The notes beneath the pieces are model-generated. The model was not told the DNA's origin and did not search any database. It worked only from the letters and a program-made list of their open reading frames with translations. 64,000 nt of DNA, taken from Haliotis rufescens. Lineage: Eukaryota. Below are positions 50,836 through 63,982 of the stretch, piece after piece (within the stretch, counting starts at the first letter, position 1; each line of letters starts with the position of its first letter). Position numbers and translations under genes: made by a program. Where the stretch lies: positions 3,720,001 through 3,784,000 of the forward strand of contig NW_025963835.1 of assembly GCF_023055435.1 (NCBI RefSeq), read 5' to 3'.

Positions 50836-52097
50836 TCACAATAGAACTATGAAGGGATATTCACGTTTCAACGAACATTCCGACATTACGCCTTTTATTT
50901 TGCAGCAGTGCAGTAGCTGAGTGGTTAAAGCAATTATTCAACGCGCCGAATGGGTTCAGTGTGCATAGTCAATTCTCGATGTTGCTTGTCTTGCTAGTAT
51001 ATCACTCACTCACTCACTCCATCACTCACTCACTCACTCACGCACTCGGTCGGTCGGTCGGTAGTTATGTGGGAACTGGTTAATGTGCAGTTGTTGACCG
51101 CGCTCATGCTGTTGACCACTGGTTGCCTTGTACAGACTTGATCACAATTTGAAATCAACATTAAATGTTAAGATATTAGGAGGTATTCTATAGACGGTGC
51201 CCGGTAAATATCGTTTACCTCTTCGCTGGTAGTATGAGGCAACACGTTTGGTTCTGGTGGTCCGGCTCTGTCAAAAAGGTTGACTGCTGGACGTCGAGAT
51301 ATAGCTTGAATATTACTGACTGTGGCATTAAACAACATTAATTCCCTCACTCACTCAAGGTATATTTAAACAGGTACTGACAAAATGACATTCGTTTTCT
51401 AACTTTTGTATAAATGTCCCAAGGCGAGACTTGCAGTAAAACACAGAATTAAAAAATCTCTTTTTTAGTGTAAATATTACTTTATTTCAAAAATGTGTTA
51501 CAGGTGTTCAGAGCAGAGATTGGTCATGTCGATTGTTTGTTTCTAACCAAACATGTGGATCAAATCTCCAAATGTATTTGTTCATAGCAAATAACAGGGA
51601 CCCCGTTAATCCGGAAACGTCGCATTCTGGCCATTTACTGTGGGGAACGTCTATAGAGGTTAACGTGACATTACAATGTACTCCTAATTCGTTAATCCGG
51701 ACTCTTCCAATGGGAACTGTACCTTTTGGATTAGCGGGATTTCGCTGAATCCTCGACTGCATGGAGATAGTGCGATACACAGACACACTTTCCCAAGTAG
51801 ATGTACGTCCCGCTCTTAGTTTGACCTTGGTTAAAATGCGGGAGAATGTGTTGGCATTATTCACTTCCTTAGTTTTTCACCACCCCCCCCCCCCCCCCCT
51901 CTCCACCAAACATGCGACATTTTATTACTGTGATGAATGCCACACGCATAACGCCACTCTCATTAATTCCCGGAAATACAGGGTGTAAGAATGCCTTGTT
52001 TTATATTCTTAAGTGTAATTCCTTAAAGAACAGCACATTGCTGTGAATGAGAGAGGTTAAAAAATAGTGGAGCTGACACGGGAATGACATTTATACA

Positions 52098-52237
52098 GTG
52101 AGTGAGTAAGATTTTACGCCGTTTTTAGCACTATTCAGCAATATCAAATCTGAGGAAACGACAAAAGGGCTTCACACATTCTACCCATGGGGAATCGAAC
52201 CCCAGCTTCATCGTGACGAGCAAACAAATTAACCACT
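52098..52237 (-). mobile_element. SINE family A, degenerate
   Basis: Reverse complement of A. Confidence 0.7.
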
Positions 52238-52712
52238 TTTTATACAATGCACACTGCCTAAACCGTCATCTTAGTACACTGAAACCCCTTTTATCGGGAT
52301 AGTACAGTTCTAAGTGTAAATACCGCAAGAGTATCCGAGGTTTCCGGATTGACGGGGTCCGGAATGGCAGGGCCCGGTCTAATGATGTCCAGACTAACGG
52401 GAGTTCATTGTATTTTTATTTTAATTGTACATAGTCCTCTGTTAACCAACGGTATATGTTGGTATTTTATCGTGTCGTTAAGTTAGTCGTTCAAAGTGTT
52501 GGAATAACCACAGACCTGTTATGTCCGTAGGATAACAGTAGTTCAGTAACAACGGGTAGATCAGGAAAAAAGGATCCAGTAACAATTTTGGGACCCAATG
52601 ACAATGGTAATGGTGCTGATGGACCAAGGTTCATGACTGGACAAATCTTGGATTCGAACCCATTGTCTGGCAAACGGATGTGACAATGCACAGCGTTTGG
52701 CGACGCCTTAGA

Positions 52713-52914
52713 TGGTTGGTTTGTTGTTTAACGCCGCACTCAGCAATATTCCAGCTATATGACGGCGATCTGTAAATAATCGAGTCTGGACCACACAATC
52801 CAGTGATTAATATCATGAGCATCGATCCACGCAATTGGGATCGATGAACGCATCAACCAAGTCAGCGAGCCTGACCACCCGATGCCGTTAGTCGCCTCTT
52901 ACGACAAGCATGGG
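52713..52914 (-). mobile_element. Family B retroposon, 5'-truncated
   Basis: 14-bp TSD GGC(G/A)AC(G/A)CCTTAGA. Confidence 0.9.
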
Positions 52915-53342
52915 CAACACCTTAGACCAATATTCCACCTGACTTTCTATTGATTAAATATATTATTTTTTTCTTCTTCTACTTCTTCTTTTGTAAAGAA
53001 ATGGTCTGCTTATTCAGCCGTATGGGTGTTGCTGTATGTAAGTTAGGTGGACACGGGACATGAAATACAAGAACAAGCTCCATTAAGTAAATGACAATGA
53101 TTAATTTGAAAGGAAATGTGTCGAATCATTACTTAAATTACGTCACTATGTCTTTCGCTCGTTTGTGATGCTCCACCGAACCGACGTCCTTCACGTTTGC
53201 AATTGTAGCAAGACAGTGTCAAACGATCTAAATTTTACCGTTAACGCAACAAGTGTCGCTCGCTTGGCATACTGCGCCCAATTGTACTTACAGGCCCCTA
53301 TTAGGAACGCAATAGACCGCAGTCTTTGTAGTCGTGGGCGAT

Positions 53343-53455
53343 TTGACGTGACACGAGTGACTAATGGGAACACACGGGTGACGTTACCGTAACCCTGACG
53401 TAACCTTGTAATCACCCTTGACGTAAATCCCGTTATATAGAAACCTATGACGTAC
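53343..53455. promoter_or_regulatory. Cluster of five TGACGT (CRE/bZIP half-site) motifs
   Basis: TGACGT near 53344, 53378, 53396, 53419 and 53448. Confidence 0.4.
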
Positions 53456-54567
53456 CCAAATGAGCAGGAAACATCACGATTATAATCTATTGATTCATTC
53501 AGTAGAGATTATATCTTTACATCATATTTCATGATTTATGAAAACACAGTTACAATCTCTAACTAACTGGTCCACTATCAAACATCCTGCGAAGCTTCCC
53601 ATCCTAAAGTCATCCCAGAGGCGAATCCATGATGTAGAGTACATCGCTATCAGTGCATAGCGCCATCCCCCAGCGCGCAGTAACAATATAACGAATTCCA
53701 TCTATTGCCACGTTTTTGTCACATGTTCGGCAGTTTCCCCTGCCTTGGTCTCAGTGGTACGAGCATTAATTAAAACTATGTTTACTCGGGAGCTTGACCT
53801 TTCGGATCATATTGGGCAGAACTGCTAAAAAGCTGCGTCTATGTATTATCGTAATGTTAGCGTGTCTTTCTAGGGCAACTGTCATTGTAAGAGTTTGAGA
53901 TCAGCGTATTCGACCATTGTATGCAGTAATTGACTTGGCGAGTACTGGATATTGCCATTAGATCGGAACTGATTGGAAACAAGGTTTTGTGTGTTTCTTT
54001 TGGTGGTATTGTGATGTGGAAAGTTTGAAAGGAAACGAAAATGTCAACTGTCAATCATTGTGACATTGTGTATAGTGGGACCTTACTAATCCGCACCTTT
54101 AAGTTCTCCCGTTTAAAGATTGCACGTCTGGACGCGTCAATGTTCTAAGGCAAAATATTGAACGAATGAACGATATTAACGTCATCCAGCAGTAGTAAAA
54201 CTCACTCATTCCCCAACCAACTCAACAACGCACCCAGTCACCCAACGCCCCACCCACTCACTCACCCGCATTCACCCATCCACCCACTCCCTACCCACCC
54301 AACGCCCCACCAACTCACTGACTCACCCAGCCACCCTATTAATACCGGCAACTTCTCAACTTCTCACTATAACAACACACTCAGAGTATACACACTCAGA
54401 GAAGACATGGAAGGGTCACTGTCTAAACATAAAAATGGTCTTTAAGAACCAAAATATATAGACAAGACATTTCAGTGTATTCAGTGTTTTAGTTAGTTAT
54501 TCCTTAACACAATATCAGTACAGTTATATTCGTCAATATATCCAGGAGTGTCTGTTTGCACTTGCCT

Positions 54568-54780
54568 ACCGGTGAAGATGCGGGGAAGATTAGGTCTTCA
54601 GCAACCCATGCTTGCCGTTAGAGGCGAATAACGGGATCGGGTGATCAGCTGATTTGGTTGATGGGTGCCATCGTATCCCAATTACGTCAGTCACTGGATT
54701 GTGTGGTCCAGACTCGATCATTTACAGACCGCCGTCATAAAGCTGGAATATTGATGAGTGCGGCTTTAAAAAACAAACAA
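54568..54780 (+). mobile_element. Family B retroposon
   Basis: Consensus match. Confidence 0.85.
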
Positions 54781-55229
54781 TATCTTTGCATGAAATATTT
54801 ACGACTGCCAACATACGTGGTGCTATACGTGCCTATCTTCATCACTGGGAATCAATGTCTGGGCTCCATCCTCAGACGCTCAACATCCACTCACCTGTGG
54901 TAATATACAGATCTGAAATAGAACAGTCCACACATGTTTACCTCCCAATCTTATACGCTGTCTATACTGTTAACTAAAGTGTTTTGCTTTCTATACAATA
55001 TTTACCCATCTTCCGCATCAACCGCCGGTGTATACGTCGTGTTAACCCCACGAAAGAAGGAAGTGATGCGACGGCACAAACTCCACGAAGTCTATACAGA
55101 TTTGTTTATTCATGTTTTTTCACAGCAAATGCTAAAGGTGTTATTTTGTTGATAACATATGTGCGCAAAGGATTTTCCATCTTTACGTAGATGTGCGCAA
55201 TGGGGATGGAAACAGATTGTTGGCACGGA

Positions 55230-55581
55230 AGAGGTGGGGTGAAATTGGGTTTAACGTCGCGTCCAAGATTATAGCACTTGTATAGCGACGTTATGCACGC
55301 GTGTGTTTGTGTGGCTGCTTGCACGAGTCCGCTCTGTTGCCGATTTATAGTGATGGCACACTAAAATACCATGCCGCAGTTGAACATGCATACCCCACTC
55401 AGACACAGTTTAATGACTCCGAGCCGACCAGTCCTTGTTTTAGTCCCTTAATGCCGAGCGCCAGACAGGATAACAACAAGTACCATCTTTTAACGTCTTT
55501 TGGTATGACGAGGTCGGGAATCGAACCCCGAATCTTCCTCTCACCGGGCGAACGCTCTACCACTAGACCACGGAGGCGGTC
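55230..55581 (-). mobile_element. SINE family C, full length
   Basis: Reverse complement of C. Confidence 0.9.
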
Positions 55582-55689
55582 ACTAAAGATAAAAATGATA
55601 TAAGTAATAATGAGTATAGTGCTAGTGCATACACAGTTGTAACACGCTGGATAATTATTCCCCCAGTGAACAGATCATTGTGGATTCTC

Positions 55690-55849
55690 GGGAGGTGGGG
55701 TAGCTTTGTGGTTCAAGAGTTCGCTCGTTACGCTGAAGTCAAAAGTTCGATTCCAAAAATGGGTACAATGTCTGAAGCCCATTTCCGGTTTCTATTGTGA
55801 TATTGCTCGACTATTGCTAAAAGCGGCGTAAAACCATACTCAGTCACTC
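55690..55849 (+). mobile_element. SINE family A
   Basis: Consensus; TSD TGGATTCTC. Confidence 0.85.
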
Positions 55850-56425
55850 TTTATGGATTCTCAGCTCTCTGGGAAGAACACAATCCAAGGTGCCTTGGTT
55901 TTGGAACTAGATGGCTCTGAAGTCACATTTCATTCTCATACTACCGGGTACCCATTCGCTGATTAGTGACTAGATGCACATGGAATGAAGAAGAAATGAT
56001 AATACCGCGTGCAACAAGAGAGTGGGTGTTATCGTCACGACGTTAGCAATCTGGGTGAGGGTATATTTGCTCAACAAAGACAACGTCCTACAAGACTTAA
56101 CATCCGTGTATGGATACGGGTTGTAAAGCCAAAATGGGTCCCCAATTCTCAAAGTGACTGCAGCATTTTGTCTACCGTAACTCCTTCACTTAAACATTGA
56201 CATTCCGTCGCAGCGCTGCTCTCGCTTTGTGAAACTTGTCCCATTTTCTTTGCGTTATTATAGAGGTGTTTGAATCAATGTTGTGGTTTCTTGCCACAAT
56301 CGTGTCGCCTTTAGGAAAACCAGTGGTTGATATCATGAGCACAATGAGGGAGACATGAGGCATTCTAAATATTGGATCGTCATTATGAACGGCTCTAACG
56401 ATACATTTTGGATACTGAGGACGGA

Positions 56426-57362
56426 CGAGGGGTGGTTGAAATGTTCTAAGCCTAACTATGATGCACTACAGTGATGGTCACTAATGTTTTTTTCAACATA
56501 ATCGCCTCCGACGTGGTGTAAAACGTCATGACAGAAGTGACATCAGAAATGACGTCATCTCTATTTGCTCCAAATGACGTACATTCTCACGAGAGATGAT
56601 AAACCCGGATCCTTTCTGATCAGGAGCCTTGGAACCCTGCGTGCTGAGACCTTTGTCATGCCCAGTCCATTCCCCAGAATGTGCTCAACTCTCTCAGAGA
56701 TGCCTACTGTGATGGCTATGTGACGTGGTGAGTCGTCGATCATCCATAAGCATGTCATGTATTTTATTAACATGTTCCTTAGTGGTGGCAGCTGAAGGTC
56801 TTCGATGTTCTCTCTTCCCCTCTTGAGCTCCAGTGCCCACATCTTGCCCTTTAAAGGAAGGAGCGTAATCGTGTAGAGTTGCTATCATGTACTCATGGAT
56901 GATGGAGTTAGCCCTCAGCTGAAGATGCTTGGTGACAGCGCGGTAGCCAATTCTTTCCATTTACATCAATAGCTATGACTACATGACTACAGAGAAAGCC
57001 TCGTCACATCGATGACAGCAGAAATATACTGCCCGGTTGTATATTTGGTTCGAAAACAGCCTATCGGCAGGGAACACAGTGAACTTCATACATGCAGACT
57101 GTTAAGTGTGTACCTAGACTAACATCTAGTCTCTGAAATGAACATATTTACAGAAAAGACAGTTGTTAAATTGTTGTAATAAAGTATAATCAAAAGGAGC
57201 CAAGGCTTTTTTTGCATTTTCAGATACTGCAGTAATCTAGACTTGCCAAATATTGTAGACTTGCATGGGCTTTATTGGGTATATTTGTTTCAGGGCTTCG
57301 TGATAGACTAGGGTACCATACATCCTTCGCAGTTAGGTTCAGAACGTTACAGCCATCCCTCG
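56426..57362 (-). mobile_element. Internally deleted mariner transposon with transposase pseudogene
   Basis: TIRs CGAGGGGTGGTTGAAATGTTCTAAGCCTAAC / GTTAGGTTCAGAACGTTACAGCCATCCCTCG followed by TA; fragments YRAV, ELKRGRENIED, MDDRRLT, KVSARRVPRLL (WVPxxL linker) and C-terminal GDYVEK. Confidence 0.88.
57115..57310. mobile_element. Family F element nested in the mariner
   Basis: TAGACT...AGACTA; flanks GTGTACC / GGGTACC. Confidence 0.75.
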
Positions 57363-57574
57363 TACTCTGTGCTGGAATTCCGATCGGGGATTGTTTCTTT
57401 AAAGGACGCATGTAGTATGTTTCTCCATGAAGTGTTCTTCGTTAAGTAATTAAGTTATGATCCCATAGTTAGTGAGTGACACCGCTTAACAGGATTTCAG
57501 TTATATCACGGCGTGTCAGCTTGGAGTGCTTAAAGAGGGACTCTATTCCATGATATAGGGCCTGCATTCTTACA

Positions 57575-57845
57575 GTGAGTTAGTGAGTGAGTTTGGTTAA
57601 CGCCAGTATTCCAGTTATATCGCGGCGTGTCAGATGAACGTCGGAGGAAAGCCCGAAGTGATGCAGGTCTCAGACGTTTACCACTTGGGTGAAACCCACG
57701 AGCACGGGTATGGTGAAGAAAAACGTAGAAACATAATCGGGGCGAACCGGGATTCGAACCAACAATCATAGGTTTCTGTCGTGCCCAAGGGACGCAACTC
57801 TGCACAGCAAATTGTGGCGCTTTAGACAACTGGGCCACCCATGCC
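57575..57845 (-). mobile_element. SINE family D, full length
   Basis: Reverse complement of D. Confidence 0.88.
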
Positions 57846-58203
57846 ACTCTTACAGTCAGTGTTTAGACGTTGTAAGTAATGTTCAGTGTGAAACATTGTC
57901 TCTCATTATCAAATTTATATACGACATAAAACGTGAACTAGAAGACAGATATGTGTTTAAATTATTTATATCACACGCGCCGAGTCTAGTCTTTATAGTT
58001 TGCACAAATGAAAAAAAAACAAGGTGCCCAGATTAACATGAAATGCATACGCAGAGATAACAATTTATTCTCCCCATCACAAACTCTGTTGTAGATGTTC
58101 TCCCACTGACGTAATATGATGAGGCAATATTTCATAGAAACAGACATCGACCTAGCGGAGTTGTGCTGCATTATCACACCCGTCATCTATGAAATCAGCT
58201 GCT

Positions 58204-58219
58204 AGCGCCATCTGGTGGC
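58204..58219 (-). promoter_or_regulatory. CTCF-like motif
   Basis: Minus strand GCCACCAGATGGCGCT. Confidence 0.55.
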
Positions 58220-59040
58220 GTCGGATCCTTTCTCTGCTTGCGACGGTGGAGTGTAACACTCACTTCGCAAGTTACCGTAAATCCTGGAATATATGCCGGA
58301 CGTACATTTGTCACTGCAGGTGATTTGTACTAACATATAGTCCCAGAAATAAAGTCATCCATAAGGTTAAAAACAAATCACTCTTGTATTAAAACACCCT
58401 CAAGTTTTGTTAAAGGGACTGTGTTTAGGCTGCTAGAGCTGAGGAGGGAGTGTTGTAGGGGTGAATGTTTAAAAAACAACTGACAAAGAAATTATACACA
58501 GATGTAAGATGGTGGCTTTAAATGAAATGGTTATTCGATAGTGATGTATTTGATGCGAGTACCATTGTTCGGTTTTGGTTTTGCAGTGTTTTGGTGACTG
58601 TTTTAAGCTAAGTAACGTTTTGATAACGTTTGTCATTGTTTGGTCAAGTCCAAACTTTCAAGTGTATAATCTCCTTTCGCAGGGCAGTTAAATGCTCTGA
58701 TGTTTGTAAGCGGGACCAAATGTCCCTAAACTCGGCGTCTGGATGATGCAGGCGTTTGCATCTCCGAGAGGCGTTTGCATCATGGGAACAGAAAAATTAT
58801 GTTTGGGATAAATCAAAGTTTAACGTGAAGTCCCCGAAATACAGTTATGCATAAGGTTAATTAGAAATGATTCTACAAGGAAATACGCGAGTATTAAGCA
58901 CCCTCTTAATGTCAGAGATGAATCGGCGGATGTGTGTAGCTACCTCCACTCATTGGCTGCTGGAGCTGATACGGGATGAACATGGGATACGGTTGATTAT
59001 TTATTCAATATAAATAATTTCTGTTATGCCTGAAAAAAAC

Positions 59041-59283
59041 ACCCAGATCCGGGGTAGAATAGGTCCTCAGCAATCCATGCTTGCCGTAAAAGGCGACTAA
59101 CGGGATCGGGTGGTCAGGCTCGCTGATTTGGTTAATGCATGTTATCGATCTCAATTGCGCGGATCGATGCTCGTGGTGTCAATCACTTGATTGAATAGTC
59201 CAAAGTCGATTATTTTACAGACCGCCGTCATGTAGGTGGAATATTGCTTGGTGCGGCGTTAAACAACAAACAAACAAACAAAC
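59041..59283 (+). mobile_element. Family B retroposon
   Basis: Consensus match. Confidence 0.88.
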
Positions 59284-59427
59284 CCACACCACTCCATTCT
59301 TTCAGTCTAATCCGGTTTATATCTAACAGCGGTAGGGGGCGTAATGTTCTCGTTGTTTTCAAGGCAGGTGTTGGTCGCCCTGATCTTAATTTATTGTCCC
59401 AATCCGACTGCATTAAAAGCTTTGTTC

Positions 59428-59660
59428 TCCGTGAAAATTCGGGTTAGAAAAGGTATTCAACAACCCATGCTTGTCGTAAGAAGCGACTAACGGGATTCGG
59501 TGGTCAGGCTCGGTGACTTGGTTCCTGGATGTCGTGGGATCCCAATTGCCTAGATCGATGCTCATGACGTAAATCACTGGATCGTCTGGATTATTTACAG
59601 ACCGCTGCCACAAGGGTGGAATATTGCCGAGTGCGGCGTTAAACAACAAACAAACAAAAA
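59428..59660 (+). mobile_element. Family B retroposon
   Basis: Consensus match. Confidence 0.85.
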
Positions 59661-60074
59661 ATATAAGAATGTGTTTATGGCAGGTTCTGTATATCAAGGC
59701 GGTCCTTTATTCAAGGCATTACGGTACGTTTTGAACTTGGATAACGGCACCGTCCATCTCCACCGAATGTCGGTGTATGAGATGGAATTGATGCTGAACA
59801 ACTGGAGATGTCCAGAACATATACAGATTAGTACAATGAATGATGGCTCGGAGCCACAAAGAGATGATGTGATTCACTTGAGGGAAAAACATGTTGACAA
59901 TATATTCATCTGACATCTTTTTTTGTCCCTAAGCTTTCTTTTTTCAGTCATGCATTCGTCCTACATAGCGAATGTTACGTTTTGTCGATGGAATTAGGAA
60001 AATACATGATACATTTGCACGGCATTCTCCAACATACTGGTGTTTATCAATACGGTCATCGCGTCCTTTTCCTA

Positions 60075-60175
60075 GGACGCGGTGGCCTAGTGGTCTATGG
60101 TGTCGCAATTTGATGTGCAGAATTTCGTCCCTTAGCTGCAAGGGTAAGGTGATCGATGGTTCGAATCGTTCAGAT
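60075..60175 (+). mobile_element. Diverged family D-type head
   Basis: GTGGCCTAGTGGTCTA...CGCAATTTGATGTGCAGAATTTCGTCCCTT...GGTTCGAATC. Confidence 0.55.
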
Positions 60176-61269
60176 TTTGATTTCATAAACGTGTTCAACA
60201 TCAGAGGCCGACATATATTTGGGTTTGAAACATTGTGGTAAATTATAACTGTTACGTGTCCAAATAATCAATTAGATTATCAGATAGAAGGGACCACATC
60301 CTACTTTGGGCCACGCTGGTCGTTGATCAGGACTCTCTGCCATGCCTGTAGGCGACTGAAGTCGACAATATTGAAAATAAATCGTTCTTCTGTGAATATG
60401 CCTCGTGATTAAAGAGTTTTTTCATCACGTCGAAGTTTGGGTTCCTAACATAGAAACAGCGTGTGAAGCCCATTCCTGGTGCCCTGCGCTGTGCCCAACT
60501 CACTCACTCACTCACTCATCTACTCACTCATTTCTCTGTTCGGCTGCCCCGCATGTCTGTTTGGACGGAAATTGCCGATCTTCAACGAGTATCATATGCG
60601 GGGTTGTTGTAATAACATCAATACAGCTATAGTGACATAGCATTAAAAAATTAACTCCAGAGAACAATACTAAAGTCTTACTAAAAGGGTTAAAACGTGA
60701 ACAGAAGTAAAATTTAATACAATATTTTTATGAGATGATGCCTCAGGCTTATATATCAGGAAACGTCAACGTGTCAGATTTAGTAGAAATACCGCTTTAT
60801 CTCGATGAAGCATTCACGTGATACCCTTTGCAATAATTTCAGATAATTGTAAAACCTCTTTAGACAGGTTTCGAAGATACAAATAAATAAAAAAAACAAC
60901 CTCTAGCATATTGGTTTCAAATGCGAAAAAAAAGCTGTTCTGTAAGCAGTCCCTCCTTAATGAGCATGATTGATTGAGAACTTTATGCCAGCGCTGGGAG
61001 GAACGGATTCCTTAAGGAAACCGTGATCCTTGTATATCATTAGACGAGGGCGACCGCTGGTTCAATCGCCCGCTGAAGTTCCCGCGTACATTATTCAACA
61101 CATGTATGCATAGAGTGTAATAGTAGACAGATCTCCTCCTTCAGCACGGGCTGTCTGGAAATAAAGCACGCATGTCGATAGATTTACCTTAAAAACGTGA
61201 CACAGATAAGTGTTTTGCGATGAAAGGCTTGTTTTACGTAATTTTGCTGCGCGAGTACCGAATACTCCC

Positions 61270-61490
61270 TCTGCAAGCGGCCGCCATCTTGAAAAGCCGG
61301 TAGAACATATTCGGTCTCCATTTTTTGTTCAGATGTTTCATTTCTTTTCTTTTTACTCTGCTAACATTTCTTGTGATGATAGTTATTGTTTCTTTCCATT
61401 CCCGTTCGATCTCGCTCTGCACGAGAGTTGATCATTATTCACGTCACGAGGGACGTCATGACGTCATTACGAAGCAGGAAGTTGTATAAT
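61270..61490. promoter_or_regulatory. Promoter/enhancer-like motif cluster
   Basis: GCCGCCATCTTG (YY1), TGACGTCA palindrome with adjacent ACGTCA sites, CAGGAAGT (ETS). Confidence 0.35.
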
Positions 61491-62107
61491 TGATGTGAGA
61501 GAGCATGATGGGACGGTCTATCCTCCATCCCCCTGCGTTGTAATCGGCGGGAGAACGTGATATGTGTAATTTGTTCACGATAGGATGTAATTAACACTCA
61601 TCTTTTTTCCTGACATCATTTTCGGGGATATCTACTGGGGATAGTGGCTGGTATTGATTGCAGTCGGTCCAAATTGGAAATCAAAAGTTTGTTTTTTTGT
61701 AAATTGATTCTACACTTTTTTTTAACTTTCATCGCCATTCTTACATCTGAAACTGTTCGTTACAACTCATCCTTTATTCAAACCATTTTAGGGAGATTTG
61801 CGTTGGGTTAATTCTAAAATTTCGATTCCCCCCTTGAATATAAGGTGTGAAGCCTAGGTTGGCGCCCTCTCCCACCCCGACCCCCCCACACACCCTCCAC
61901 CCTCACCCCTCATCACATCCCATCTACACTCACACACGACACGGCTTTAATAATGCTAACCATGGCTTGAAACTCGTTCACTTATTTCATGATAAGTGAC
62001 TTTAAAGAGTATTTACTTTTATCATTCGCATTTCAAAATTAGTGGTTCAACAGTTTTGTTGCCCTAGATGCATTTAATCACCGCTCCAAGTTCACACATT
62101 TACATAG

Positions 62108-62448
62108 GTGAGGTGAAATGGAATTTAACGCCGCATGCAAGATTATTGCACTTATTTTGCGACGTGCATGTACGTGGGTGTGTGGCTGCTTGTACTAGTC
62201 CGGACTGATGCCGATTTATAGTGCTAGCCCACTGAGTTACCATGCCGCAGTTTAACATGAATACCCAACTCAAACACAGTACACTGACTCCGAGCCAACC
62301 AGTCCTTGTTTTAGCCTCTTAATGCTGAGCGCCAGACAGGATAACAACAGGTACCATCTTTTAACGTCTTTTGGTATGATTTGGGGATCGAACCCCGAAC
62401 CTTCCGCTCTCCGGGCGGACGTTCTACCACTAGACCACGGAGGCGGTC
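62108..62448 (-). mobile_element. SINE family C, full length
   Basis: 13-bp TSD CAC(A/C)TTTACATAG. Confidence 0.92.
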
Positions 62449-63194
62449 CACCTTTACATAGACGCATGTAGGGAAGACAAGATCTGGGAAGAATAACTGT
62501 TAACAGTTTAGTATCATTAATGGTAACGAACTTTTAAAAGTATTTTAACCACATGTAGATAGCACGTTTATCTATAAGAAAATACTTCAATATATTCTAA
62601 AGAAGTGACTTTCACTTTGTGTGAGTTCATTAGAATATGAACCTTCATAGAGTGCTGTTCACGCTGTATGACCTTGCTACAAATACGTAGACAGCCATAC
62701 AACAACTGTATCGCGGAAAGAAACGAGAAATGACAGGAGCTTATGTATGCTCAAATTGCTTCACAGTAAAATTTATACAATGTCAGTCTTAGATGAGATA
62801 TGTCTGTTGAGAACTACCCCAGTTAGTCAGTCAGTGGGGGCGCGTCGTGATACATTCACGTCATGTACAGGACGTCATAACGGCCGACATGATGAACGTG
62901 ACGGGGGGTTTCCGACGTTGTCAGTGAACCCGTGGATTGATTAAAGGGTTTAAATGATAAAAAAGATTCTTCTGTATTTATTCGTGGTAGGGAATTCTCA
63001 TGGTTTATCCGGGAATGTGGAAGTAGTCAATCAGTGTTAACGTTATTTCAAGAATACAATCTCGTGAAAATGTGTCGTCCATTCGCTTATGAACGTCAGT
63101 TTCGCGATCATGAAGCCAGCATCTCGCCCTATGGAAAAGCCGCAAATTATAAGACTTAGTACATGCATGTGTATGTGCATATGGGTTCGAGCTT

Positions 63195-63982
63195 TCGTGC
63201 GTGTCTTTGTGTGTTTGTGTGCGCGCGTGAATGCGTCTGCGTACATGTGTGTTTGTGTTTGGGCGTGTGTGTGTTTGTGTTTGTGTGTGTGTGTGTTTGT
63301 GTGCGTGCGTAAATGCGTCTGCGTACATGTGTGTTTGTGTTTGGGCGTGTGTGTGTGTGTGTGTGTTTGTGTGTGTGCGTGCGTGCGTGAATGCGTCTGC
63401 GTACATGTGTGTTTGTGTTTAGGCGTGTGTGTGTTTGTGTGCGTGCGTGAATGCGTCTGCGTACAAGTGTGTTTGTGTTTGGGCGTGTGTGTGTGTTTGT
63501 GTGTGTGTGTGTGCGTGCATGAATGCGTCTGCGTACATGTGTGTTTGTGTTTGGGCGTGTGTGTGTTTGTGTTTGTGTGTGTGTGTTTGTGTGCGTGCGT
63601 AAATGCGTCTGCGTACATGTGTGTTTGTGTTTGGGCGTGTGTGTGTGTGTGTGTTTGTGTGTGTGTTTGTGTGTGTGTGTGCGTGCGTGAATGCGTCTGC
63701 GTACATGTGTGTTTGTGTTTAGGCGTGTGTGTGTTTGTGTGTTTGTGTGCGTGCGTGAATGCGTCTGCGTACATGTGTGTTTGTGTTTGGGCGTGTGTGT
63801 GTGTTTGTGTGTGTGTGTGCGTGCATGAATGCGTCTGCGTACATGTGTGTTTGTGTTTGGGCGTGTGATTGTGTGCGCACGCCTGTGTGTTTTTGTGTAT
63901 TTTTGGCCGCGTGGGTGTGCGTCTGCGTGCGTGCGTGCAAGCGTGTGTGTGTGTGTGTGTGTGTGCGTGTGTTTGTGTGTGT
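63195..63982. repeat. TG-rich minisatellite with constant core and variable (TG)n spacer
   Basis: Core AATGCGTCTGCGTACATGTGTGTTTGTGTTTRGGCGTGTG repeated about 9 times. Confidence 0.9.

Noticed and set aside
50146-52683. Short ORFs or exon-like stretches at 50.1-50.7 kb (minus) and 52531-52683 (plus)
   Set aside because: No recognisable homology and incomplete splice-site support
63195-63982. Constant repeat with variable spacers (CRISPR-like look)
   Set aside because: Spacers are only (TG)n length variants; eukaryotic context
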